A stretch of 64,000 bases of DNA from Pirellulales bacterium (GTDB lineage Bacteria; Planctomycetota; Planctomycetia; Pirellulales; JAICIG01). The stretch lies in NCBI GenBank assembly GCA_040901675.1, contig JBBDYJ010000014.1, positions 72,559-136,558 on the forward strand. The letters are read 5' to 3'. The notes under the pieces are model-generated. The model saw only the letters and a list, made by a program, of their open reading frames with translations, was not told where the DNA came from and made no database searches. Below, piece after piece: positions 38,604 to 48,096 of this stretch (its first letter is position 1; every line of letters begins with the position of its first letter). Made by a program: the position numbers and the translations under genes.

Positions 38604-40406
38604 ATGGATAGACCACGTTGGATCCGCGCTGCCCACCGCTTGCTGGGCAGCCTGCTCGTCGCCACCGTTGCATTTTTTTCGCCGTCGGCAAGCGCCGGCG
38701 CCGAGGAGGCCAAGCCGGCCAACGACCCGGCCATGCCAAAGATCAATTACGACGAGCACGTGCTGCCTGTTCTTCGCGAACATTGCTTCACCTGCCACAG
38801 CCAGGACACGGCCAAGAGCGACCTGGCCCTGGACAGCTACAGCGGCTTGATGCGGGGCGGCGCCAGCGGCGAAGTGATCGAACCGGGCGACCTGGACACG
38901 TCCCGGCTCTGGCAGCTTGTCTCGCACCAGGAGACTCCGGAAATGCCGCCGGAGCAGGACAAGCTGCCGGATGCCAAGCTCGAAGTGATCAAGGCCTGGA
39001 TCGTGGGCGGCGCCCTGGAGAACTCGGGCTCGACCGTCAAGATCAAGAAGAAGCCGACCATCGACCTGTTGGTGTCGGCCGGGTCCAGCAGGCCGGAGGG
39101 TCCGGCGCCCATGCCCGAGGGGCTGATCCGCCAGCCGGTGGTATACACGCCGCGCGCTTCGGCGGCCACGGCCATCGCCTCGAGCCCTTGGGCGCCGCTG
39201 GTAGCCGTCGCCGGGCAGAAACAGATCTCGCTTTATCACTCCGACACGGCCGCCTTGCTCGGCGTGCTCCCTTTTCCCGAGGGAGTGCCCCACGTGCTGA
39301 AGTTCAGCCGGTCCGGCGCGCTGTTGCTGGCCGGCGGCGGGCGCGGCGGGCAGGCGGGACTCGTCGCCGTCTACGACGTCCGCAGCGGCGACCGCGTGTT
39401 CCAGGTCGGCGACGAGCTGGACGTGGTGCTGGCGGCCGACATCAACAACAACCACTCGCTGATCGCCCTGGGAGGTCCGCGCCGCGTGGTGCGGATCTAT
39501 TCGGCCGCCGATGGCACCTTGTTGCACGAGTTGAAGAAACACACCGAATGGATCACTGCCCTGGAGTTCAGCCCCGACGGCGTGTTGCTGGCCACTGCCG
39601 ACCGCAATGGCGGGCTGTTTGTCTGGGAAGCCGATACCGCCCGGGAATACCAGAACCTGGCGGGGCACACCGGCTCGGTCACCGACCTCAGTTGGCGGCT
39701 CGATTCGAACGTCTTGGCCAGCGCCAGCGAAGACACGACCATCAGGCTGTGGGAGATGGAGAACGGCGCCCAGGTGAAGAACTGGGGCGCCCATGCGGGC
39801 GGCGCCTTATCGGTCGACTTCACCCACGATGGCCGGCTGCTCTCCGCCGGACGCGACAACCTGGCCAAGGCCTGGGACCAGGCGGGCAGTCAGCTCAGGG
39901 CCTTCGAGCCGTTTTCCGACCTGGCCATGGAAGCCAGCTTCACGCACGACGGGGCTCGCGCCGTGGCCGGCGACTGGGCCGGCGACATCCGGATGTGGGA
40001 CGTCGCTGATGGCAAGCTCATAGCCCGCTTGCCCATGAATCCGCCCACGCTCGAAATGGCCGCGGCGGCCGCGGCCGAAGAGGCAGCCCTGGCCACGGCC
40101 GCTGCCCAGCAAGCCGCGGACGAGGCGGCGGCGGCTCAGCAAGTCGCCGCCGAAAAGGCCGCCGCGCTCCAGGCCGCCCAGCAGCAGCTTGAAACGGCTG
40201 CGGACGACGCCGCGAAGGCCGAGGCGCAGGCGGTCGTCGACCAGAAGACCGCGGAGAAAGCCGAAGCGGATCAAGCCGCGGGCGACAAAGCGGCCGTGGC
40301 CGCGACGGCGGCCGAGCGGCTTCAAGCAGCGCAGGCAAAGGCGCAGCAAGCGCAGGCGGAAAAGACGGCTTACGAGTCGCTCACCGCGCAAGCCGGGGGC
40401 TCGTAA
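38604..40406 (+). CDS. Planctomycete cytochrome c domain + WD40 + Ala-rich coiled coil
   Basis: HCFTCH, MPP, WD repeats. Confidence 0.88.
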   Translation: MDRPRWIRAAHRLLGSLLVATVAFFSPSASAGAEEAKPANDPAMPKINYDEHVLPVLREHCFTCHSQDTAKSDLALDSYSGLMRGGASGEVIEPGDLDTSRLWQLVSHQETPEMPPEQDKLPDAKLEVIKAWIVGGALENSGSTVKIKKKPTIDLLVSAGSSRPEGPAPMPEGLIRQPVVYTPRASAATAIASSPWAPLVAVAGQKQISLYHSDTAALLGVLPFPEGVPHVLKFSRSGALLLAGGGRGGQAGLVAVYDVRSGDRVFQVGDELDVVLAADINNNHSLIALGGPRRVVRIYSAADGTLLHELKKHTEWITALEFSPDGVLLATADRNGGLFVWEADTAREYQNLAGHTGSVTDLSWRLDSNVLASASEDTTIRLWEMENGAQVKNWGAHAGGALSVDFTHDGRLLSAGRDNLAKAWDQAGSQLRAFEPFSDLAMEASFTHDGARAVAGDWAGDIRMWDVADGKLIARLPMNPPTLEMAAAAAAEEAALATAAAQQAADEAAAAQQVAAEKAAALQAAQQQLETAADDAAKAEAQAVVDQKTAEKAEADQAAGDKAAVAATAAERLQAAQAKAQQAQAEKTAYESLTAQAGGS

Positions 40407-40409
40407 GTA

Positions 40410-40616
40410 CGTCGTGACCCGCATTCATGCGGTCGTCGTTCGTAGTGACCGCAATGCGGTCTGAGTCCATGCCGGACGACCCGATGAATCGGGTCACTAC
40501 GAACCACTGGGGCACGCTACGACTCGACTGAGCTCGCCGAAGTCCGCTTTGCCCCAGCCACCCGGCGCGGTCTAGGCGGTTGAGCGTAAGACCCGATAAA
40601 TCGGGTCACTACGAAC
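40410..40616. repeat. Composite REP cluster (families C and A, with a nested 24-bp module)
   Basis: GT(C/A)GTGACC...GGTCACTACGAAC copies flanking an interrupted family A element. Confidence 0.8.
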
Positions 40617-40628
40617 CAAGGCCGGCTT

Positions 40629-40844
40629 CTACTCGCGGGGGCGGACGGCGCCGGTCAAGCCGCTATAGTCGGCACGGTCCTCGGGATGCCACAGCGGCAG
40701 GCCTTCGGCTATGCGGCGGGCCAGGACTTCCAGCTTCTGCTGCGAGCCGGCGGGGGCCTCGGTGGGAGCGAATTCGTCGGTTTCGACCGGGGCAAAATCC
40801 TCGTCGTGTCCGAATTCAAGAATCGCCTCGAAGACGTTACGCAT
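40629..40844 (-). CDS. Small conserved-looking protein
   Basis: GGAG RBS; PTEAPAGS..KLEVL..R...GLPLWHPED. Confidence 0.75.
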   Translation of the reverse strand: MRNVFEAILEFGHDEDFAPVETDEFAPTEAPAGSQQKLEVLARRIAEGLPLWHPEDRADYSGLTGAVRPRE

Positions 40845-41341
40845 TGCTTGCTTACTCCACTTCCAAAATCACGCCAACCAAAATCAAAACCACGCCAACC
40901 AAGTACCGGCCGCTTTCGACGGCTTCACCATCGGGATACCGGCCCGGTCAACAAAACGCGTCGACCCGCCCGAAGGCGGTCCAGGGGCCGGAAGTCAAAC
41001 GATTCGGGGCGTTGCGACCGGCGGCACGAAAGTCGGGTGCGGATCGCGGGCCGCTGGGCGACTTGCCGGGGGCCAACAGGCTCCGAAACAGGCGGGATGG
41101 CACAGGTAACTCAAAGCATGTCATTCTTACGGCTGTGCTCCCAAAGTCAAGTGCCGGGAGAAAGAAACCCAGGAGGAAGCAACAGGGGAAAAGCTCGTTG
41201 GGGCCGAAATGCGGGCTTTTTCCGCGCCTAAAATCGGCCTGGGGAAAGACGTCTTGCCTCCGGCCATCCGGCCGCCCTCGTTTTACACCGCGGCCGTTCC
41301 CGCGGCACCTCGTCAGCCGATAGTCCCATCTGGTAAAGTTG

Positions 41342-41773
41342 ATGGGTATGACCTGGCTTCAACGGCCGCTCCAATTGCCGCCGCACGCCTACGGCTTTCA
41401 CCTGATCACCGACGGCATCGTCGCCGCGCTGCCCGAGCTGGCCCAGATCCGCGCGGGCCTTTTGCACGTGTTCATCCAGCACACCTCCGCCTCGTTGTCG
41501 ATCAACGAGAACGCCGATCCCGATGTTCCGCGCGACCTGGCGAGCAGCTTCGACGCGCTGGCGCCCGAGAGCTTTCCCTATCGCCACACTTCGGAGGGAG
41601 CGGACGACATGCCCGCCCACGTCAAGACCGCGCTGTTGGGCAGCTCGGTCAGCGTGCCGGTCAGCGACGGCCGCTTATGCCTGGGCACGTGGCAAGGCAT
41701 TTACCTGTGCGAACATCGCCGCCGTGCCGGCCCCCGTCGGCTGCTGCTCACCTTGCAGGGCGAAGTCCGCTGA
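41342..41773 (+). CDS. yjbQ: YjbQ/UPF0047 family protein
   Basis: HTSASLSINENADPDV, DDMPAHVK, LGTWQGIYLCEHR. Confidence 0.92.
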   Translation: MGMTWLQRPLQLPPHAYGFHLITDGIVAALPELAQIRAGLLHVFIQHTSASLSINENADPDVPRDLASSFDALAPESFPYRHTSEGADDMPAHVKTALLGSSVSVPVSDGRLCLGTWQGIYLCEHRRRAGPRRLLLTLQGEVR

Positions 41774-41887
41774 ATTGTGCCACTGCTCTCGGCCGCTCCA
41801 AGGTCCGCCAAAGGCGGACTGTCGTGGTGCCACTGCTTGAAGGTCGCTCTAAGGCGACCGAGAAGCAGTGGCACGGATAGCGCGGCC

Positions 41888-42937
41888 CTAGCGGCTGCAC
41901 TGCGCCAGGTCGTCGACCCAGCACTCCAGCCAGGCGGCCTGGTTGGCGTTGCGGTCGATGTGGTCCAAGGCATCCAGGCACCGGTCGGCACATTGCGCGG
42001 CTGCTTCGCCGTCGAGCGAGCTCCGCTGGGCGCCCGACGCGATGGCGCGGTCCAGCTCGGCGTCGGATTCTTCGACGACGCCGCTGGCCCGCGTGCACAG
42101 CCCGCGGTAGTAGTCCAGGGCGAAGCGAACCAACTGCCGGCCCCGGGCCCGCCGCGCGGGAGCTTCCTTTCCCGCTTCGTCCACGAAGGCGGCGATCGAC
42201 CGGGCCAGCGCCACGCTGTTCAGCCGCGGTGCCGACAACTGTTCCAGCAACTGCCGGCGAAAACTCCACAGGGCGGGCTCGGCCAGCTCGCGGGCCCGGC
42301 CCAGGCTCCCCTCGGCATGCCGAGCCAGGCGGCGCGCCTGATCGATGTCGCCCGCCAGGCCTTCTTCCACCGCCAGGCCGGCCAATGTCTCCTCGTCGAG
42401 CGGGCGAAAGCGGATCAGTTGCGATCGGGAGCGGATCGTCGGCAGTTGCTTCTCAGCGCTGGTGCCGATCAGGATCATCACCGAGCGCGGAGGCGGCTCC
42501 TCCAGCGTCTTGAGCAGGCAGTTGGCGCCCTCCTCGTTCAGGTAGTCGGCGTCGTCGATGATGGCGATCCGCCGCCCACCCATGAACGGCTTGAGCGAGA
42601 TCGCGTGGCACAGCCCCTCGTGCATCCGCCGCTCGCCGCTGCCGATCAACAGCTCGACGGGAATCATGCTGCGGTCCTTCGGGCGGGACACTTCCAGCAG
42701 GTCCGGATGCGTCCGCGCCAAAACCTGCACGCAGCCGGTGCAGTGCCCGCAAGGATCGAGCCGCTCGGCCGGCTGCGTCTGGCACAGCAGGGTCTGGGCC
42801 AGCTTGAACGCGAAGGTCCGCTTGCCGACTCCCTCCGGACCGGCAAACAGAAACGTGCTCGCCAGCCGGCCGTGCTTCAGACTGCGGCGGAAGCCCTCCA
42901 CCACCTCGTCGTGCCCTTGAATACCCTGCCAGGCCAT
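41888..42937 (-). CDS. holB: DNA polymerase III delta' subunit
   Basis: GPEGVGK, CGHCTGC, HPD, ANCLLKTLEEPP, LPTIRSR. Confidence 0.93.
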   Translation of the reverse strand: MAWQGIQGHDEVVEGFRRSLKHGRLASTFLFAGPEGVGKRTFAFKLAQTLLCQTQPAERLDPCGHCTGCVQVLARTHPDLLEVSRPKDRSMIPVELLIGSGERRMHEGLCHAISLKPFMGGRRIAIIDDADYLNEEGANCLLKTLEEPPPRSVMILIGTSAEKQLPTIRSRSQLIRFRPLDEETLAGLAVEEGLAGDIDQARRLARHAEGSLGRARELAEPALWSFRRQLLEQLSAPRLNSVALARSIAAFVDEAGKEAPARRARGRQLVRFALDYYRGLCTRASGVVEESDAELDRAIASGAQRSSLDGEAAAQCADRCLDALDHIDRNANQAAWLECWVDDLAQCSR

Positions 42938-43138
42938 GGTGCTCGCTCCGATTCCTCGGCGTTCCTTAGCCCGCGCAGCGGGCGACAGTTAATAGCCGGG
43001 CGGCGTAAGCCCCCGGTTGCCGATCAATGAACCCTTTTTTCAGCCCGCGAAGCGCGCCGACAGTAGGCATTGGTCAAACGCATGGTCGACGACCTATGGG
43101 TGACGCTGGACTCTATCGAAGTTATTCTTCGGTCGTTC

Positions 43139-43759
43139 CTAACCATCCGCCGGCCTGTTCAATATGGCGGCCGCGGCGGCGCGAATATCGGCCTGCACGG
43201 CGTCGACCGGGCCCGAAGCATCGATGACCACGATCCGACCCGGCCGGCGGGCGGCCTCGGCCAGGTAGCCTCGCCGCAAGGCGGTTCTGAACGCGTCGCC
43301 CTGCTGCTCCATCCGGTCGAGCGGCCGCGCCAGCCGCGCGGCGGCCGCTTCATCGGCCAGGTCGAGGACAAACGTCAGCTCGGGCTCGAGGCCGGCCGTG
43401 GCGATCGCGCCGACCTGCCACAGCGCGTCGACGTCGAGCCCTCCGGCGTGCCCCTGGTAGACCACGTTGGCCAACAGGAAACGGTCGGAGACCACGATCT
43501 TGCCTTCCGCCAATGCCGGCGCGATCACTTGCTCGACCAGTTGAGCCCTGGCTGCCATGTACAGCAACATTTCGCTTCTGCGGCCGATGCGGATCTCGTG
43601 CAAGTCGAGCAGGATCTTCCGCACGGCCTCTCCCAGCGGCGTGCTGCCCGGATCGCGGCAGGTGAGCACGTGCTGCCCCGCCTCGCGCAGCCAGCGCGCA
43701 AAGAGCTCGAGCTGGGTGGTCTTGCCCGCCCCATCCACGCCGTCGAACGAGAAGAACAT
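43139..43759 (-). CDS. tmk: Thymidylate kinase
   Basis: DGVDGAGKTTQ, RDPG, SDRF, YQG. Confidence 0.93.
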   Translation of the reverse strand: MFFSFDGVDGAGKTTQLELFARWLREAGQHVLTCRDPGSTPLGEAVRKILLDLHEIRIGRRSEMLLYMAARAQLVEQVIAPALAEGKIVVSDRFLLANVVYQGHAGGLDVDALWQVGAIATAGLEPELTFVLDLADEAAAARLARPLDRMEQQGDAFRTALRRGYLAEAARRPGRIVVIDASGPVDAVQADIRAAAAAILNRPADG

Positions 43760-43767
43760 GCCGGGTT

Positions 43768-44976
43768 TCAAGCTTTGAACTCCCTGCCGGCCAGGAATAC
43801 CCGTTCCACCTCCAGGCCCTGACCGAGCACCAGCACGTCTGCCCGCTTGCCGGGTTCGAGACTGCCGACTTCGGCGTCGTGCCCGGCGATCCGCGCCGGC
43901 GTCAGCGAAGCCATCCGGACCACTTCCCAGACGGGTCGGCCGGTCAACTGCCGGAACGTGCGGACCATGTGGTCCATGCCGCGCACGCTCGAAGCCAGCG
44001 CCGAACCATCCGGCATCTTGCCGACGCCGTCGTGGTGGACGAACTCCTCGCCGCCGTCGCGTGGCCCGAACAGGTAACGTCCCTCGGGCTGGTCCAAGGC
44101 CCTGCTGCAATCGGTGACCAGCGCCAGGCGGTCGGCCCCTTTGACCTTCAAGGCCAATTGCAGCAGTTCCGGCGCCAAGTGCTTTCCGTCGGCAATCACC
44201 TCGGTCGAAAGTTCGTCGAAGTACAACGTCGCCTCGAGCACCCCTCCTCGCATCGGGTAGGGTTGCGATGCCCGCAGCTTCGATTTATCGGACATGGCGC
44301 AGTACAGGTGGTCCACGTGCCTGACGCCCCACCCGACGGCCTGGCTCATCTGGTCGAAAGTGGCATGCGTGTGTCCGGCGTTCATGCGAATGCCTCGCGC
44401 CAGGCAGGCCCGGGCGAACGCTTCGGCGCCGGGCAGTTCCGGGGCCAACGAAGCGGTCACGATTGTATCGGCCAGCTCCAGGTACTGTTCGTACTCGGCG
44501 GCTTGCGGGGCGCGCACCGGCGCCGCCGGATGGCATCCGCGTGCCTCGAGGCGAAAATACGGCCCGTATAAATGGGCCCCGAGCACCCGCGCCCCCGCGG
44601 CACCGTCCCGTTGACGAAATCGCCGGCACGTTTCCAACATCGCCAGGATCTGGTCGTGCCGGGCAGCGGTCGTGGTCGGCAGGATGCTGGTGGTTCCATG
44701 ACGCGCGTGGGCGGCCAGAACCGTGCGAAAAGCCTCCTCGGTGCCGTCCATGAAGTCCGCCCCATCTCCGCCATGGACGTGCAGGTCGATGTAACCGGGC
44801 GAAATGAATCCGTCGCCCGCGTCGACCACCGTCGAATGCGCCGAGGGTCCCGCTCCAGCACCGGCGTTGGAATGGACCGCCACAATGCGGCCGCCGCGCA
44901 CCTGCACGGCCCCCTGGCGCAAGACGCGATCGGCAAGAATCACCTGGCCGCGAAAGAGCAGATCCTCGTCCGGCAT
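43768..44976 (-). CDS. nagA: N-acetylglucosamine-6-phosphate deacetylase family amidohydrolase
   Basis: PGYIDLHVHG, HLYGP (usual E replaced by Y), GHT, HLYCAM, DGKH, VTD. Confidence 0.8.
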   Translation of the reverse strand: MPDEDLLFRGQVILADRVLRQGAVQVRGGRIVAVHSNAGAGAGPSAHSTVVDAGDGFISPGYIDLHVHGGDGADFMDGTEEAFRTVLAAHARHGTTSILPTTTAARHDQILAMLETCRRFRQRDGAAGARVLGAHLYGPYFRLEARGCHPAAPVRAPQAAEYEQYLELADTIVTASLAPELPGAEAFARACLARGIRMNAGHTHATFDQMSQAVGWGVRHVDHLYCAMSDKSKLRASQPYPMRGGVLEATLYFDELSTEVIADGKHLAPELLQLALKVKGADRLALVTDCSRALDQPEGRYLFGPRDGGEEFVHHDGVGKMPDGSALASSVRGMDHMVRTFRQLTGRPVWEVVRMASLTPARIAGHDAEVGSLEPGKRADVLVLGQGLEVERVFLAGREFKA

Positions 44977-45045
44977 GCCCTAGAGTGTAACAAAACCGAG
45001 TAGGACGGGCTTCCTTGCAGCTTCCTTGCCCGTCTAAACGGCCCG

Positions 45046-47376
45046 TCAGGGCTGTCGGCTCGTTCCCTTCCAGCCGTCCGCAGCCGCCGCTTGCGGGCGA
45101 GGCCAGGCAGAAGTGGCGGGCTCGGCCGCCCTGGCCACCGTATGACTCGGTCTGTTGTGATTGACGTGCTGCACGCTGGCAGTCCCTTCGGCGGCGCCGG
45201 CAAGCGGGGACTGCTGCATGGCTTGCCGTCGAGCGCTCGGCGTACGGCCGCCCAACGCCACCGGCGGGGCGTTCGGGGGTGCGCCAAATATCGAGCGAGC
45301 GGAGTCGCCCAGCTCGGCATCCGGAGCATCGGCGGGTACGGGCGGGCGGCCGTTGCGGCCGGGGACCGGCGCCGGCACCATCTCCGCTTCTTCGGGCCGC
45401 GGGGCAGCTTGCGGCTCGAACAGCTCGCCGGTGCCCATCTGTTGCGGGAATGGTCCCCTGCTGAAGACCCTCGGGCGGGTGAACCCGTAATCCATGAACA
45501 GGGCGGCGTCGCGCTCGCGGGCGCGTTTGCGGGCATCGAAGTATGCCTTGGCCGGCCAGGGACCTTCGGCAAGGTACACGCCGTTGTACTCCAACAACGA
45601 ACCTTTGCGGAAATGCACGCCCGTGACGGCCAGATTGTAATCGACCAGCGACCGGTAGTAGGCGCTTTCGGCCTCGGCCAATCGCCGCTGCGCCTCGAGG
45701 AGCAAGTCCAGAGTGACCGTGCCCGCTTCGTAGGCCGATTCGACGGCGTCGACGTTCGTGGCGGCGGCTACACGGCGATTAAAGTTGGTCTGCGTCGCGA
45801 CATAGTGGCGGTCCAATTCCCGGATCGAATTGGCCAAGAGGTGGCTGGCTTCCAGCTCCTGGTCCTGCAGGATGGAGCGTTCACGGGCCAGTTGCAGTTC
45901 GGCGTTTCGCACGGCGGCCAGTTCCTGGCGAAAGCCGATCGGCAGCACGGCCTGCAAACCGAGCTGCCACTCCTGGAAGTCGCCGCCGGTCAGTTCCTCC
46001 CAGGCGTTGTCGAACGGAATTCCGGTGCGATCGGAGGAGATCAGGTCGTCGCCGAAGCCCCGCCAACGGTAGCGGCCCACCGCGTCCAGCCGCGGCAAGA
46101 GGAAGTTGCGCGAGGCGGTCAGCTCGAGCTCGCGCTGCTTGATCTGCCATTTCTGCCGCCGCAGCTCGACGCTGCGCGTCAGCGTTTCGGGGAGCACCTC
46201 GGCCCAGTCGAACTGGACGCGCGCGGTCGTGGGCTCGATCGAGGGGCGAATCAGGCGGCCATCCGTGGCGCTCAACCCCATCAGATAGCGGAGCTGGTTT
46301 TCGGCCGTGTAGATGCTGCTCAAGGCGTTTTCGACCTGTAAGCGGAACAGGAAGTACTGCTCCTTGGCCTGCGCCTCGGCCGCGGCATCTCCACCGCGGG
46401 CCCCAAGCCGGTACAGCACGTCCACCTTCCGCCAGGTCTCCAAGGCGCTGTCCCGGCCGGCCAGCGCGGCATCCAGGTCGCGATAGTTGAAGTAGAGGTT
46501 CCAATAGGCCCGCTCCACGTCGCTCACGAGATTGCGGACGCCGGCTTCGAAATCGGCCAGGGCAATGTCGGTGTTGATCCGCGCCAGGACCACGCCGTTG
46601 TACACGCCCGGAATGCTGTTGGGGCCCGCAATCTGGTTGAATTGCACTCCCGAACCCTGCAACAGCGGGTGCCGGAACTCGGCCTCGATGTCGGCGTTGT
46701 AGGCGCTGGGGAACTGGTTCGATGGGTTGTTGTTCCACTCGTAGCTGACGTTGTGCCGGAGGAAGGTCTGCGTGCCGGACGCGTGGCGCTTGCCAAATTC
46801 GGCCCGGAACACACCGGTGTCCTGCTCCAGCACCGGCGCCAAAAAGCCGCTGAAGAACAGGTTGACGGGCCGGTCGTTTCGCTCCCAGAACATGCTAGTC
46901 GAGAATTGCGCGTCGAACTCGCTCAGCGCCCCTTCGGTCCCGAAGCGCGGATCACTATCGACGATGGCCGGGTTGTAGACGGTAGGCACCGTGCTGGGCT
47001 GGCTGAGCAACTGCGACGACGAGAGCCCGGCGGTCAACGGCGACGACGTGCCTTGCCGCCCCTGGGCAATGGTCTGCGCGCCCAGCGTCCGCATCACCTT
47101 GCTGTTGGCCAGGGCGTCCTGGACGGCCTCCTCCAGGGACAGCTCCCAGATTTCGCGCGCCTCGGAGTTGGCCAGGGTCAATGGCGGCAGGCTCTGCTCG
47201 ACGTCGGCCAGGCTCATCATCTCGACGTCGGGATACTCGATCGCGGTGGCCACCCCCTTGTAGTGCGACATGTCGCCGTCGTCGAAGAAGTAAAACGGCT
47301 GGCTGGGAGTGCAGCCGCCCGCGACGAGCATTACACAAGTCGCGACGGCCCATGGCGTTCTCAACTGCCGGCTCAT
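45046..47376 (-). CDS. TolC-family outer-membrane lipoprotein
   Basis: Lipobox-like VAGGC; LSLEEAV; DVERAYW; LLPRLD; LLEAQRRLAEAE. Confidence 0.8.
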   Translation of the reverse strand: MSRQLRTPWAVATCVMLVAGGCTPSQPFYFFDDGDMSHYKGVATAIEYPDVEMMSLADVEQSLPPLTLANSEAREIWELSLEEAVQDALANSKVMRTLGAQTIAQGRQGTSSPLTAGLSSSQLLSQPSTVPTVYNPAIVDSDPRFGTEGALSEFDAQFSTSMFWERNDRPVNLFFSGFLAPVLEQDTGVFRAEFGKRHASGTQTFLRHNVSYEWNNNPSNQFPSAYNADIEAEFRHPLLQGSGVQFNQIAGPNSIPGVYNGVVLARINTDIALADFEAGVRNLVSDVERAYWNLYFNYRDLDAALAGRDSALETWRKVDVLYRLGARGGDAAAEAQAKEQYFLFRLQVENALSSIYTAENQLRYLMGLSATDGRLIRPSIEPTTARVQFDWAEVLPETLTRSVELRRQKWQIKQRELELTASRNFLLPRLDAVGRYRWRGFGDDLISSDRTGIPFDNAWEELTGGDFQEWQLGLQAVLPIGFRQELAAVRNAELQLARERSILQDQELEASHLLANSIRELDRHYVATQTNFNRRVAAATNVDAVESAYEAGTVTLDLLLEAQRRLAEAESAYYRSLVDYNLAVTGVHFRKGSLLEYNGVYLAEGPWPAKAYFDARKRARERDAALFMDYGFTRPRVFSRGPFPQQMGTGELFEPQAAPRPEEAEMVPAPVPGRNGRPPVPADAPDAELGDSARSIFGAPPNAPPVALGGRTPSARRQAMQQSPLAGAAEGTASVQHVNHNRPSHTVARAAEPATSAWPRPQAAAADGWKGTSRQP

Positions 47377-47604
47377 CGATGGCATCCCTGACCAGGATAG
47401 AAGGGCGCAAACGAGCCGCACTTCGAGCCCGCGACAGACAGGGAGCCCGAAAATACAGCACGCTTGGTATCGGCCGTATAATCGGCAAACTTGGAGGATT
47501 CTTTTTTATCGGCAGGATCCGCCCAGTTTAGCCAGACTGCCGTAAGAGGAGCCTGGCGGGAGGGTCGCGGGCAGGGAAGGCGAGAATCCCAAGCATGGCG
47601 GCCG

Positions 47605-48081
47605 CTAAAGGCCCATCCCGACGAAGCCGCCTTGGTGGTCGCTGTCGGCCTGGATTTTGGCAATCCGCTCGACCGTCTGCTTCAGGTCGCCCGCCGCGAT
47701 ATAGCGGTCGAACTCCGCGCGGACGGAGTGCGTGACGGTCTCCTTGAACCAGGCCACGATCGGTTCGGTCAACCAAGGGCACGTCTCCCGCGCCAAGTCG
47801 GCTTCCAGGTGGCAGCCCACCGTGTTCTGGTCGCTGTCGTCGGTCAACGTCACGCCGTTGAAGCGCAACTCGATCATGCCCAACTCGGCATGGTTCATGA
47901 GCCGGAATGTGCAGTGGCCGTTGTAGAGATAATAGCTGTTGTGCGAGCCATAGCTCTCCAGGGCCCTCAGGACTCGCTCGCAATGAGCCCGGTACTTGGG
48001 CGAGGCATCGAACGGGATATCGAGCCGGCCGACCGAACGCAGCGGCAGGCAATCGAAGGCGATTTCCACGGCTTGCGACAT
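47605..48081 (-). CDS. Conserved-looking hypothetical protein
   Basis: GAGGAG RBS, good codon usage; FDCLPLRSVGRLDIP. Confidence 0.75.
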   Translation of the reverse strand: MSQAVEIAFDCLPLRSVGRLDIPFDASPKYRAHCERVLRALESYGSHNSYYLYNGHCTFRLMNHAELGMIELRFNGVTLTDDSDQNTVGCHLEADLARETCPWLTEPIVAWFKETVTHSVRAEFDRYIAAGDLKQTVERIAKIQADSDHQGGFVGMGL

Positions 48082-48096
48082 CGGCGAACCAGCTCC

